The notes beneath the pieces were generated by a model. It was not told the origin of the DNA and made no database searches. It was given only the letters and a program-made list of their open reading frames with translations. Shown here piece by piece: positions 9,251-18,384 of a stretch of 64,000 nucleotides of DNA. The DNA lies in NCBI GenBank assembly GCA_016235455.1, contig JACRKZ010000067.1:111732-175731 (forward strand). The letters are read 5' to 3'. The DNA comes from Armatimonadota bacterium (GTDB lineage Bacteria; Armatimonadota; UBA10988). The first letter of the stretch is position 1. Each line of letters opens with the position of its first letter. A program made the position numbers and the translations under genes.

Positions 9251-10270
9251 CTAGAACTGCCCCGTGAACCGCAGGTCGCCCTCAAAGAACAGGCGGATGT
9301 CGTCGACGCCGTACTTGAGCATCGCCAGCCGCTCCATGCCCACGCCGAACGCGAATCCGGTGTAGGTCTCTGAGTCGTAGCCGACGTTGGCCAGGACCTG
9401 GGGGTCGACCATGCCGCAGCCGAGCACTTCCAGCCAGCGCGCGTCAGGGTCGTTCGGGTCGCGGCAGATGCCCTCGCGCCCGTACCAGATGGCCATCTGG
9501 GCGCTGGGCTCGGTGAACGGGAAGTAGTCGGGCGTGAAGCGCACGATGGCGCCTTCGCCATACAGCTCCTGGGCCGTGGCGTACAAGATGCCCTTGAGGT
9601 CGCCGAAGCTCACGTCGCGGTCGACCAGCAAGCCCTCGCACTGGTGGAAGGTGTGGCAGTGCGTGGCGTCGACGGCGTCGCGGCGGTAGACGCGACCGGG
9701 CGCGATGATGCGCACCGGCGGCTCCTGGGTCTCCATGGTGCGGATCTGCACGGCCGAGGTCTCGGTGCGCAGAACCGTGGTGCCCTGGATGTAGAAGCTG
9801 TCGCGGCCGTCGCGCGCGGGATGGTCCTCGGGGATGGCCAGCGCGGTGAAGTTGTAGTAGCTCAGCTCCACCTCGGGCCCTTCGGCCACGGAGAAGCCAA
9901 ACCCGGTGAAGATGTCGACGAGGTCTTCCCAGATGAGCGTCAGCGGGTGCTTGCGCCCGGGCAGCGCCAGGCGGCCCGGCAGCGTCGGGTCGAACCGGCG
10001 CGCGGCGCCCGCGGCAGCCTTGCCGGCGGCCTCCAGCGCGGCCAGGCGCGCGTCGAAGCAGCCCTGCACGCTCTGCTTGACCTGGTTGGCCAGCTTGCCG
10101 ATGACGGGCCGCAGTTGGGCGGGCACATCCTTCATCTGCGGCAGGCCGACGGTCACCAGGCCCTGCTTGCCAAACACCTTGACCCGAGCTTCCTCCAGCG
10201 CCCGCAAGTCGGCGGCCGCCTCCAGGAGCGCCGTGGCCTCGGCTTCGAGCCGGCGAAGATCCTCTTCCAT
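9251..10270 (-). CDS. pheS: phenylalanine--tRNA ligase alpha subunit
   Basis: HPARDGRDSFY, LRTETSAVQIR, PGRVYRRD, YFPFTEPS, WLEVLGCGMV, GFAFGVGMERL. SD GAGGAGG precedes ATG 10270. Confidence 0.98.
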   Translation of the reverse strand: MEEDLRRLEAEATALLEAAADLRALEEARVKVFGKQGLVTVGLPQMKDVPAQLRPVIGKLANQVKQSVQGCFDARLAALEAAGKAAAGAARRFDPTLPGRLALPGRKHPLTLIWEDLVDIFTGFGFSVAEGPEVELSYYNFTALAIPEDHPARDGRDSFYIQGTTVLRTETSAVQIRTMETQEPPVRIIAPGRVYRRDAVDATHCHTFHQCEGLLVDRDVSFGDLKGILYATAQELYGEGAIVRFTPDYFPFTEPSAQMAIWYGREGICRDPNDPDARWLEVLGCGMVDPQVLANVGYDSETYTGFAFGVGMERLAMLKYGVDDIRLFFEGDLRFTGQF

Positions 10271-10312
10271 CGCTACCTCCTCGTGCCATCCGAATCCAGC
10301 GGGCAGACCACC

Positions 10313-10595
10313 AAAACGCACAACGCGCCACATCCTCGCAGGACGAAGACATGACGCGCCTCCGCGGTACCACCCGCCTTACGCGATCGCAAACGCGATC
10401 ACGCCGCTCTTGTCGGCCCGCTAACGGGGGCCAGGCGGGTGAGGCTTGTCACCTCACCGGTTCGGGAGTGAACTTCGGCTCGGGTCGCCGCGGTTGGCTC
10501 GCAGTCGGTGGCCAACCTCCCTGTTCCGGCGCTGGGGCAGGCCGGCTTGCGCCGGGACAGCCCTGTCCCTTGCTTACTCGTGCTCCGTCACAACC
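10313..10595 (-). ncRNA. T-box riboswitch, Phe (UUC) specifier
   Basis: In order on the minus strand: AGUA box (10578-10575), AGGGAG, GACUGCGAG, specifier loop GAAG-UUC-ACUCC (UUC 10472-10470), F-box CCCGUUA, T-box GGGUGGUACCGCG (~10375-10363), and a G-U-rich terminator hairpin with U tail. It lies directly upstream of pheS. Confidence 0.9.
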
Positions 10596-10605
10596 TTTGT
10601 CGGCG

Positions 10606-11388
10606 CTACAGCGCCTCACCGCTTTGTCGCACACTCTCATAGAGCGCCACGGCCACGGCGATCGCCACGTTGAGCGACTCCGCGCCGCCGCGCATGGGCA
10701 GCTTGAGCCGGGGTGCCTCGTCCCACAGGGGGCTCGGCCCGTGCGCTTCGCTGCCGGCCACGATGGCCAGGGGTTGGGGCAACTCCGTGGTGAGGAGGTC
10801 CTGCCCAGACCCGGAATCCAATACTACCACGCCCCCACCCGTTTCAACCAACCAGTTTCGGGTCTCCTCGCCGCTCAACCGCATCCACGGCACGCGCACC
10901 ACGGAGCCCGCGGAGGAGCGCACCACCTTGGGCGTGAGCGGGTCGGCGGTGCCTTCCAGCAGCACCACTCCGGCGCCGACAGCATCGGCCGTGCGCAGGA
11001 TGGTGCCCAGGTTGCCGGGGTCTTGCACGCGGTCGACGAGCACCAGGCGCGACGGTCGCTGGCGGGTCAGATCGACCCGCGCGGGCGAGCGCACGATGGC
11101 CAACCAGCCCTGCGGGGTATCGGTGTCCATGACCGTGGCCAGCAGGCCGGGCTGCATCAGCTCGACCTTGACCTTGTCCGCCTTGAGCCGCGCGCGCAGC
11201 TCCTCGTGCGCCGTGGCGTTGGCCTCGATCAGCACAGCCTCGATGGTGCCACCCGCCTCCACCACGGTACTCAACGCGCGTGGCCCCTCGACCAGAAACG
11301 CGCCCTCGGCGGCGCGGCCCTTGCGTGAGAGCAGGATGCGGGCACGCTTCAGGTACTGGTTCTGAGCACTGGTGATCATGTGGGGCAT
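10606..11388 (-). CDS. TrmH/SpoU-family RNA 2'-O-methyltransferase
   Basis: VQDPGNLGTILRTADA, KVVRSSAGS, GSEAHG, ESLNVAIA. This is the usual position between rplT and pheS. Confidence 0.93.
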   Translation of the reverse strand: MPHMITSAQNQYLKRARILLSRKGRAAEGAFLVEGPRALSTVVEAGGTIEAVLIEANATAHEELRARLKADKVKVELMQPGLLATVMDTDTPQGWLAIVRSPARVDLTRQRPSRLVLVDRVQDPGNLGTILRTADAVGAGVVLLEGTADPLTPKVVRSSAGSVVRVPWMRLSGEETRNWLVETGGGVVVLDSGSGQDLLTTELPQPLAIVAGSEAHGPSPLWDEAPRLKLPMRGGAESLNVAIAVAVALYESVRQSGEAL

Positions 11389-11437
11389 GGGTAGACTCCG
11401 CGGTGCGCCGGCCGGCCGGCGTTGCGCCGAAATGGCG

Positions 11438-11471
11438 ACGGAGCCCCCTTCGCGAGCGAAAAGGGCTCCGT
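11438..11471 (-). terminator. hairpin after rplT
   Basis: ACGGAGCCC ... GGGCTCCGT arms downstream of the rplT stop; no clear U tract. Confidence 0.45.
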
Positions 11472-11492
11472 GCTAACTAGACAGCAGCCAGA

Positions 11493-11849
11493 TCAGACGC
11501 CGAGCGCCTTCTTGGCCAGCTCGACCACCGCGCCGAAGGCGGCCGGATCGTGGATCGCGAGCTCAGAGAGCATCTTGCGGTCGATGATCACGTCAGCCAA
11601 CTTGAGGCCGTGGATGAACTTGCTGTAGCTGAGGTCATGCAGGCGGACCCCCGCGTTGACGCGGATGATCCACAGGCGCCGCATGTCGCGGCGTCGTTGC
11701 CGACGGTCGCGATAGGCGTAGAGCGCCGACTTCATGACCTGGGCTTTGGCGGTGCGGTACTGCTTGCTCTTGGCACCGAAATAGCCCTTGGCCAGATTCA
11801 GCCACTTCTTGCGCTTACGGGTTTGGACTTTGCCGCCCTTAACTCGCAT
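11493..11849 (-). CDS. rplT: 50S ribosomal protein L20
   Basis: [45 protein letters not shown]. Confidence 0.98.
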   Translation of the reverse strand: MRVKGGKVQTRKRKKWLNLAKGYFGAKSKQYRTAKAQVMKSALYAYRDRRQRRRDMRRLWIIRVNAGVRLHDLSYSKFIHGLKLADVIIDRKMLSELAIHDPAAFGAVVELAKKALGV

Positions 11850-11851
11850 GT

Positions 11852-12061
11852 CTAGGCCCTCCCGCTCTTGGGCAGAATGCCCTTCAACACCTTGGCGTCA
11901 CCGGCGGCGACGACCTCGCAAGAGCCTAGCGTGCGCTTCCGCTTGCGGGACTTCTTGGTCAGCAAGTGACCACAGGACGCGTGCCGGCGCATGATCTTGC
12001 CGGTACCCGTCTTCTTGAACCGTTTCGCCGCGGCATTCCGCGACTTACCAGTTTTGCCCAT
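11852..12061 (-). CDS. rpmI: 50S ribosomal protein L35
   Basis: [29 protein letters not shown]; sits between infC and rplT. Confidence 0.96.
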   Translation of the reverse strand: MGKTGKSRNAAAKRFKKTGTGKIMRRHASCGHLLTKKSRKRKRTLGSCEVVAAGDAKVLKGILPKSGRA

Positions 12062-12175
12062 GATTCCCTCTCGGGGTCCAAGGCGCGCTACGGCGCGGCG
12101 CGACCGCGGGAGAGCGGCAGCGTCGACTTGACAGCCGTGGCGCGCGGGCTCACCACCCCCGAGACGAGGCCAGCG

Positions 12176-12922
12176 CTAGGCGCTGGGCTCAGCCTCGTCG
12201 GCGGCGTCCTCAGTGGCCGGTGCCGGGGCGCCCTCGTCCGTGGTGGACTCGGGGGCTTGGGCCTCGGCGGCCATGTCCTCGTCGTCCTCATCGATGTCTT
12301 CCTCGATGTTGGCCGACAAGCTTACCAATTCCACACCCGCAGCCTCGGCGGCGTCCTTGCGCTTCTGCAGCGCCTTGAGCGTATCGGCCGTGGGGGCGAT
12401 CAAGACGAACATCTTGCGCCCTTCCATCGACGGCCGCTGCTCGACCTCCGCCACATCGCCGACCGCTTCGGCCAGGCGCATGAGGATGTTGTAACCCAGA
12501 TCCTGGTGCGTGATCTCACGTCCGCGGAAGCGCACCTCGACCCGTACCTTGTGCCCATCGCGCAGGAACAGGTCGGCCTTGCGCCGCGATACGTCGAAGT
12601 CAGACTGGCCGGTCATGGGCCGCAAGCGCAGTTGCTTCACATCGGTGCTGCGTTGCTTCTTGCGCTGTTCGCGCTCGCGCTGCTTCTGCTCGTAGCGGTA
12701 CTTGCCCCAGTCCATGATGCGGCAGACCGGCGGACTGGCCTCCGGCGCCACTTCAATCAGGTCCAAGCCCGCATCGCGAGCTGCATCAATGGCCTCACGA
12801 ACCCAGACAATGCCGACTTGCTCGCCGTTCTCGTCAACCAATCGCACCTTGGGGACGCGGATCTCCTCGTTGCGCCGCAGGCGCTTCTCGGGCATCTCGG
12901 TGCCGACAAATCGTCGTCTGAT
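12176..12922 (-). CDS. infC: translation initiation factor IF-3, probable non-canonical AUC start, acidic C-terminal tail
   Basis: NEEIRVPKVRLV, PPVCRIMDWGKYRYE, KVRVEVRFRGRE. An in-frame ATC at 12922 follows SD AGGGAG; the alternative start is ATG 12895. Confidence 0.95.
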   Translation of the reverse strand: MRRRFVGTEMPEKRLRRNEEIRVPKVRLVDENGEQVGIVWVREAIDAARDAGLDLIEVAPEASPPVCRIMDWGKYRYEQKQREREQRKKQRSTDVKQLRLRPMTGQSDFDVSRRKADLFLRDGHKVRVEVRFRGREITHQDLGYNILMRLAEAVGDVAEVEQRPSMEGRKMFVLIAPTADTLKALQKRKDAAEAAGVELVSLSANIEEDIDEDDEDMAAEAQAPESTTDEGAPAPATEDAADEAEPSA

Positions 12923-12945
12923 GGCAGCTTCTCCCTGGCTCGGGC

Positions 12946-14877
12946 CTACAGCGGCGGAAAGGCCGCTTTGGCGCTCAGCTCTTCCACGAAGTCGACATAG
13001 GGCATCGACCCGCGGTCACGCATGCCGCGCTCACGCACGGACACAGCCTCGGCGTCGACCTCTCGGTCGCCGCAGATAAGCATATAGGGTACACGTTCGG
13101 CCTCGGCCCGGCCAATCTTGGCGCTGGTCCGCTCGCCGGTATCGTCGATCTCGGCCCGGTAGCCCCGACTCTTCAGGTCCGCGGTCAGTCGGCGCGCATA
13201 GTCGACATGCCGCTCGCCGATCGGTACCACCTTGACCTGCACCGGCGCCAGCCACGCCGGGAAGGCTCCGGCGCAGTGCTCGATGAGCACGCCCATGAAC
13301 CGCTCGATGCTGCCCAGCACCGCGCGATGGACCATGACCGGCCGCTCGCGCTCGTCGGCGCTGTTCACATACGTCAGGTCGAACCGCTCGGGCAGGTTGA
13401 AGTCGAGCTGGCAGGTGCCCAACTGATGCCGGCGCGCCAGCGCGTCGGACACCATGAAGTCGATCTTGGGCCCGTAGAAGGCGCCTTCGCCTTCAGCCAC
13501 TTTGTACTCGACGCCCCGCCGCTGCAAGGCCTGATGCAGTCGGGCCTCGGCGTCGGCCCACACCGCCTCGTCGCCCACGGCCTTGGCCGGTCGCGTGCTC
13601 AGGTCGATGCGCACGTCGGTGAAGCCGAACAGCTCATAGCACTCCATGAGCATGTCGATGAACGAGAAGACCTCGTCCTCGATCTGGTCGGTGCGGCAGA
13701 AGATATGCGCGTCATCCTGGGCGAAGCTGCGCACGCGGGTCAGGCCCGCGGTGACGCCCGATGCCTCGTAGCGGTGCAGCCGACCAAAGTCGGCATAGCG
13801 CACGGGCAGGTCGCGATAGCTATGGTGCCGGCTGGCGAACATGATCGCGTGCGCCGGGCAGTTCATGGGCTTGACGGCGAATTCCTGGCCGTCGACCTCC
13901 ACGAAGTACATGTTCTCGCGGTAGTTGTCGTAGTGGCCCGAGGTCTTCCACAGGTCGACCGACATGATCTGCGGGGTGATCACCTCGTCGTAGCCGAACC
14001 GCCGGTACAGGCTGCGCACCAGGTCGGTGAGCTTGTTGTAGATCAGCGCGCCCTTGGGGAAGAAGAACGGGCAGGCCGGCGCCACGTCGGAGAACCAGAC
14101 CAGGTCCAGTTCGCGGCCCAACCGGCGGTGGTCGCGCTTCTCCGCCTCTTCGCGCAGGCGCAGCCACTCGGCCAGTTGCTTCTTGTCCGGGAACGAGATG
14201 CCGTAGATGCGCTGCAGCATCTTGTTGTTGCTGTCGCCGCGCCAGTAGGCACCCGAGGCGGTCAGCAGCTTGACCACGCCAATCCGGCCCGTGCTGGGCA
14301 GGTGCGGTCCACGGCACAGGTCGACCCAGTGGCTGTCGCCGTTGGCGTTGCCATACAGGCTGACCGTGTCGTCCTCGGCGATGGCGTCGAGCAGCTCGAT
14401 TTTGTACGGCTCGCCCAGCTCGTCGAAGACGCGGCGCGCCTCGTCGCGGCTCACCTCGGATCGGCTGAAGGCCTGGTCCTCGGCGATGACGCGGCGCATC
14501 TCGTCCTCGATGCGCGCCAGATCGTCGGGCGTGAACGGCTGTTCGACATCGAAGTCGTAGTAGAAGCGGCCATCGGCCAAGGACGGCCCAATGGTCACCT
14601 TGGCCTGCGGGAAGACGCGCTGCACGGCCTGCGCCAGCACGTGCGCCGTGCTGTGGCGATAGACTTTCTGGCCCTCGTCGTCGCGCCAGGTGAGGAAGCG
14701 CACACCGGCGTCGGCCTCCAGGCGATGCGACAGGTCGACCAGCTGGCCGTCCACCTCGGCGGCCAGGGCAGCCTTGGCCAGGCCCGGGCCAATGGCCAGG
14801 GCGACGGTAGTCAGGTCAACTCCCGGATCGAACGACAGGCGCGAGCCGTCTGGCAACGACACATTGATGGAACTCAT
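12946..14877 (-). CDS. thrS: threonine--tRNA ligase
   Basis: TGS domain, HSTAHVLAQAV, DLCRGPH, GAYWRGD, RDHRRLG, KPMNCP, FYGPKID, HRAVLGSIERF. SD AGGAGG precedes ATG 14877. Confidence 0.98.
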   Translation of the reverse strand: MSSINVSLPDGSRLSFDPGVDLTTVALAIGPGLAKAALAAEVDGQLVDLSHRLEADAGVRFLTWRDDEGQKVYRHSTAHVLAQAVQRVFPQAKVTIGPSLADGRFYYDFDVEQPFTPDDLARIEDEMRRVIAEDQAFSRSEVSRDEARRVFDELGEPYKIELLDAIAEDDTVSLYGNANGDSHWVDLCRGPHLPSTGRIGVVKLLTASGAYWRGDSNNKMLQRIYGISFPDKKQLAEWLRLREEAEKRDHRRLGRELDLVWFSDVAPACPFFFPKGALIYNKLTDLVRSLYRRFGYDEVITPQIMSVDLWKTSGHYDNYRENMYFVEVDGQEFAVKPMNCPAHAIMFASRHHSYRDLPVRYADFGRLHRYEASGVTAGLTRVRSFAQDDAHIFCRTDQIEDEVFSFIDMLMECYELFGFTDVRIDLSTRPAKAVGDEAVWADAEARLHQALQRRGVEYKVAEGEGAFYGPKIDFMVSDALARRHQLGTCQLDFNLPERFDLTYVNSADERERPVMVHRAVLGSIERFMGVLIEHCAGAFPAWLAPVQVKVVPIGERHVDYARRLTADLKSRGYRAEIDDTGERTSAKIGRAEAERVPYMLICGDREVDAEAVSVRERGMRDRGSMPYVDFVEELSAKAAFPPL

Positions 14878-14966
14878 GCTCAGTCTCCTCCTTTCCGGGA
14901 TGCAGATATTGACTACGCGCCCTCGGGGCGCACGGACCCGTCCCAGGAAGCCTCCTGGGGGTTGGT

Positions 14967-14995
14967 AGAATAGCACGACAAGCGGTGAGTCGCAA
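14967..14995 (-). promoter_or_regulatory. putative sigma70 promoter of the thrS operon
   Basis: TTGCGA-N17-TATTCT with an extended TG. Confidence 0.55.
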
Positions 14996-15047
14996 GCGAA
15001 CGGCGCATGGCAAGCGCGTTTGCGCGCGTAGCCGCGCGCTGCAACCA

Positions 15048-15076
15048 TTGCCGTGCGGGGGTGTCAGTGCTAGCAT
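15048..15076 (+). promoter_or_regulatory. putative sigma70 promoter of maf-mreB
   Basis: TTGCCG-N17-TAGCAT, ending 8 nt before the GTG start. Confidence 0.5.
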
Positions 15077-15084
15077 AGGGCGGC

Positions 15085-15726
15085 GTGAACTCAGCAACCT
15101 GTCAGCCGGCTCTGGTACTTGCCTCATCGTCGCCTCGGCGCCGGGAGTTGCTGGGTGGCCTCGGCCTCTCGTTCTCCATCGACCCGCCGCACATCGACGA
15201 GTCCGAGCCGGAGTCACTGCCTGACCGCGCGGCGGTCATCGCCTGGGTACGCCAACTGGCGATCGACAAGGCGGCGGCCGTGGCTCAGCGCTACACGTCC
15301 GACACCTGGATTCTGGCGGCCGACACGATTGTCGTGCTGGGCGCTCGGGTGTTTGGCAAACCCGCTGACGAAGCACAGGCGGAAGCCATGCTCGGCGAGC
15401 TTCAGGGCCGCCGGCACACGGTCATGACGGCGGTCTCACTGCGCCGTGGTGGCCCGGCCGACGCTGAGGTGTGGGCCGAGGTGGCGCAGACGGAAGTGAC
15501 CTTCTTCCCCTGCTCGGCCGCGGAGATCGCGGCCTACGTAGCCACCGGCGAGAGCCTGGATAAGGCCGGCGCCTACGCTGCCCAAGGGATTGGCGCGCTG
15601 ATCATCGAGAAGCTCGACGGCTGCTATTTCAACGTCGTCGGGCTGCCGATCTCGGTGGTTGGGCGTCTGTTGCGCCGAGCCGGCTTCGACCTGTGGTCAG
15701 CCGCGACGGCGTCCATGGAGCGGTGA
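15085..15726 (+). CDS. maf: Maf-family nucleoside triphosphate pyrophosphatase
   Basis: [35 protein letters not shown]. Confidence 0.95.
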   Translation: MNSATCQPALVLASSSPRRRELLGGLGLSFSIDPPHIDESEPESLPDRAAVIAWVRQLAIDKAAAVAQRYTSDTWILAADTIVVLGARVFGKPADEAQAEAMLGELQGRRHTVMTAVSLRRGGPADAEVWAEVAQTEVTFFPCSAAEIAAYVATGESLDKAGAYAAQGIGALIIEKLDGCYFNVVGLPISVVGRLLRRAGFDLWSAATASMER

Positions 15727-15727
15727 C

Positions 15728-16756
15728 ATGAAGCAATTGCGGCACATACTGGGCCTGTTCAGCTACGACATGGGCATCGATCTGGGCACGGCCAACACGC
15801 TGGTCACCGTGCGCGGCAAGGGCATCGTCCTGCGCGAGCCGTCGGTGGTCGCCGTCGACACCGACTCGGGCGCGGTCAAGGCCGTGGGCCTCGAGGCCAA
15901 GCGCATGATCGGCCGCACGCCCGCGCACATCGTCGCCGTCCGCCCGCTCAAGGACGGGGTCATCGCCGACTTCGACATGACCAAGGAGATGCTGCTCTAC
16001 TTCGTGCGCAAGGTGCACAAGCGCCAGTGGTTCTATGCGCCGCGCGTGGTCATCGGCATTCCCAGCGGCGTCACCGAGGTGGAGAAGCGCGCGGTGGAGG
16101 ACGGCGCCAAGGCCGCCGGCGCGCGCCAGGCCTGGGTCATCGAAGAGCCCATGGCCGCCGCCATCGGCGCGGGGCTGCCGGTCGAGGAGCCCGTGGGCTG
16201 CATGATCGTCGATATAGGGGGTGGCACGACCGAGGTCGCGGTCATCTCGCTCGGCGGCATCGTCACCTCGCGCTCCATCCGCGTGGCCGGCGACGAGCTC
16301 GACGAGAGCATCATGGCCTACATGCGCCGCACCTACAACCTGCTGATCGGCGAACGCACGGCCGAGGAGATCAAGATCGGTATCGGCTCGGCCTATCCGC
16401 TGGAGAAGGAAGACGCCCGCCAGGTACGCGGCCGCGACCTGGTCACTGGCCTGCCCGGCAGCGTCATGGTCACTTCCACCGAGATACGCGAAGCCATCTC
16501 CGAAGACGTCAGCGCCATCGTCGACGCGGTCAAGTCCACCTTCGAGACGACGCCGCCCGAGCTGGCGGCCGACATCATGGAACGCGGCATCCACCTGGCC
16601 GGCGGCGGCGCGCTGCTGCGCGGGCTGGACCGCCTGCTGTCGGTCGAGACGGGCATGCCCGTGCACATCGCCGACGATCCGCTGACCTGCGTCGTGGTCG
16701 GCACCGGCCGCGCCATCGATGAGTACGCGCTGTACCACAAGCTGCTCAACCGCTAG
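15728..16756 (+). CDS. mreB: rod shape-determining protein MreB
   Basis: [61 protein letters not shown]. Confidence 0.97.
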   Translation: MKQLRHILGLFSYDMGIDLGTANTLVTVRGKGIVLREPSVVAVDTDSGAVKAVGLEAKRMIGRTPAHIVAVRPLKDGVIADFDMTKEMLLYFVRKVHKRQWFYAPRVVIGIPSGVTEVEKRAVEDGAKAAGARQAWVIEEPMAAAIGAGLPVEEPVGCMIVDIGGGTTEVAVISLGGIVTSRSIRVAGDELDESIMAYMRRTYNLLIGERTAEEIKIGIGSAYPLEKEDARQVRGRDLVTGLPGSVMVTSTEIREAISEDVSAIVDAVKSTFETTPPELAADIMERGIHLAGGGALLRGLDRLLSVETGMPVHIADDPLTCVVVGTGRAIDEYALYHKLLNR

Positions 16757-17032
16757 TGGTGGCGCGTCTCACTAACGCAACACAAATGGGCCATTTCAGG
16801 TGATCAGCTAGCGGCTGGGAACGTGGCATAGAGCTTCCAGACAGCGAGCAAGTGGCCGCTGTCGGAGGAGCGAGACCCGCCACCCACCCAACACACACCG
16901 CGAGCCCAACCGCGGTGAGTAAGCACAGCCAACGCCGCATCGACCAGCCATCCTCCCGCCCAGGCTCCGATGCGGCGTCGGCCATTTGGGTGGCGCTGTG
17001 CCCCGTGGGGATCCTGCAGCGGAGGCGCGGCG

Positions 17033-18157
17033 CTAGTCGACCGCGTCGAGCTGCGAAGAGCCGTACTGGTTCCAGATGAAGCAGGTACCCTCTTGCGACA
17101 CCATGCAGGGCCCGTGCGGTGAGAGGGGATGGCAGGCAGTGCCGAACAGCGGGCATTCGGGCGGCGTGATCTGTCCGAGCATGACGCGGTTGCAGGCACA
17201 GCCGGCGGGCATCTCGTGCTCGCCCGCGGGCAGCCGCACCCCGAAGCGCTCGCGCGCGTCGACCGACTGCTTCGCCGCGCGCAGCACGAGGCCCGTGCCC
17301 GGCAACTCGCCCAGCCCGCGCCACCACACCGCGCCCACCTCGAACGCCTCGGCCAGCAGCGCCTGCGCGCGGCGGTTGCCCTCGGGCGTCACGGCGCGGC
17401 CGTAGACATTGGTCAGTTCGGCGCGGCCCGCGGCTCGCTGGGCCAGGATATCGCGCACCGCCAGCATCACGTCCGCCGGCTCGAAGCCGGCCACCACCGT
17501 CGGCAGGCCGAACTGGTCGACCAGTGGCTGCCAGGCATCGACGCCAACGATCACGGAGACATGGCCCGGCGCGATGAGTGCGTCGACGGCGATGTCGCCC
17601 GAGCCCATGAGCAGCACCATGGCCTCGGGCGTGAGGCGGTGCGCAGTCAAGATGGTCAGGTTGGGCGGCGGATCGGCGGCAATGACCGCCGCGGTGGGCG
17701 CCGCCGTGGTCTCGAACCCGACGGCGAAGAACACCACCTGCCGGTCGGGCAACTCGCGCGCCAGCCGGGCGGCGTCGGCCGCGGAGTAGACCAGACGCAC
17801 ATCGCAGCCGCGCGACGCCGCGTCGGACAGTGAGCCGGCGCTGGTGGGCACGCGCAGCATGTCGCCGTAGGTGGTGACAATGGCGCCCTGCTCGGCGATG
17901 GCAATGGCTTCGCGGATCTCGTGCTCGGGGCAGACGCACACCGGGCAGCCCGGCCCCGCGATGAGATCGACGCTGCGCGGCAGCAGCGAACGCAGGCCCC
18001 AGCGGCTGAGGCTGTGCTCATGCGAGCCGCAGACATGCATGATGCGCACCGGCCGGCTGTCGCTCAGCGACAGCGCGGCGGCCAGCCGGCGGATGTCCGC
18101 CGCCAGGGCCTGCACCGCCTGCCGGGAGGCGAACGCGGCCAGGTCGGTGTCAGGCAT
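17033..18157 (-). CDS. hypD: [NiFe]-hydrogenase maturation protein HypD
   Basis: IMHVCGSHEH, GPGCPVC, GFETT, PGHVS, C-terminal CACNRV..CPLFGTAC..GPCMVSQEGTC. Confidence 0.96.
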   Translation of the reverse strand: MPDTDLAAFASRQAVQALAADIRRLAAALSLSDSRPVRIMHVCGSHEHSLSRWGLRSLLPRSVDLIAGPGCPVCVCPEHEIREAIAIAEQGAIVTTYGDMLRVPTSAGSLSDAASRGCDVRLVYSAADAARLARELPDRQVVFFAVGFETTAAPTAAVIAADPPPNLTILTAHRLTPEAMVLLMGSGDIAVDALIAPGHVSVIVGVDAWQPLVDQFGLPTVVAGFEPADVMLAVRDILAQRAAGRAELTNVYGRAVTPEGNRRAQALLAEAFEVGAVWWRGLGELPGTGLVLRAAKQSVDARERFGVRLPAGEHEMPAGCACNRVMLGQITPPECPLFGTACHPLSPHGPCMVSQEGTCFIWNQYGSSQLDAVD

Positions 18158-18383
18158 CGGCCGCCTCCGCGTTGGCCGCCAGTTCACGGAACAGGGCCAG
18201 CGACGCCTCGGCCTCGTCGGCATCGAGGCGCGTGATGGCGAAGCCGGCGTGCACAATGACGTGGTCGCCCACAGCCACCTCGTCCAGCAGGTCGGCGCGC
18301 GCGCGCTGAGTCACGCCATCAAGCTCGACGACGACCTCATTGCCCTCCACCGCCGTCACCTTCATCGGTACCGCCAAACACAT
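18150..18383 (-). CDS. hypC: hydrogenase maturation chaperone HypC
   Basis: MCLAVP N-terminus and VGDHVIVHAGFAI. Confidence 0.97.
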   Translation of the reverse strand: MCLAVPMKVTAVEGNEVVVELDGVTQRARADLLDEVAVGDHVIVHAGFAITRLDADEAEASLALFRELAANAEAADA

Positions 18384-18384
18384 G

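Noticed and set aside
12062-12175. Possible L20 leader between infC and rpmI
   Set aside because: GC-rich with some pairing, but I could not match the known L20-leader structure.
14880-14965. Hairpins in the thrS leader as a T-box or tRNA-mimic operator
   Set aside because: No UGGNACC T-box, no specifier, and no clear Thr anticodon-like loop; only generic short stems.
16746-16940. Short signal-peptide-like ORF as a real CDS
   Set aside because: No recognisable domain, overlaps the mreB stop, and the SD spacing is poor; mentioned only as a possible remnant.
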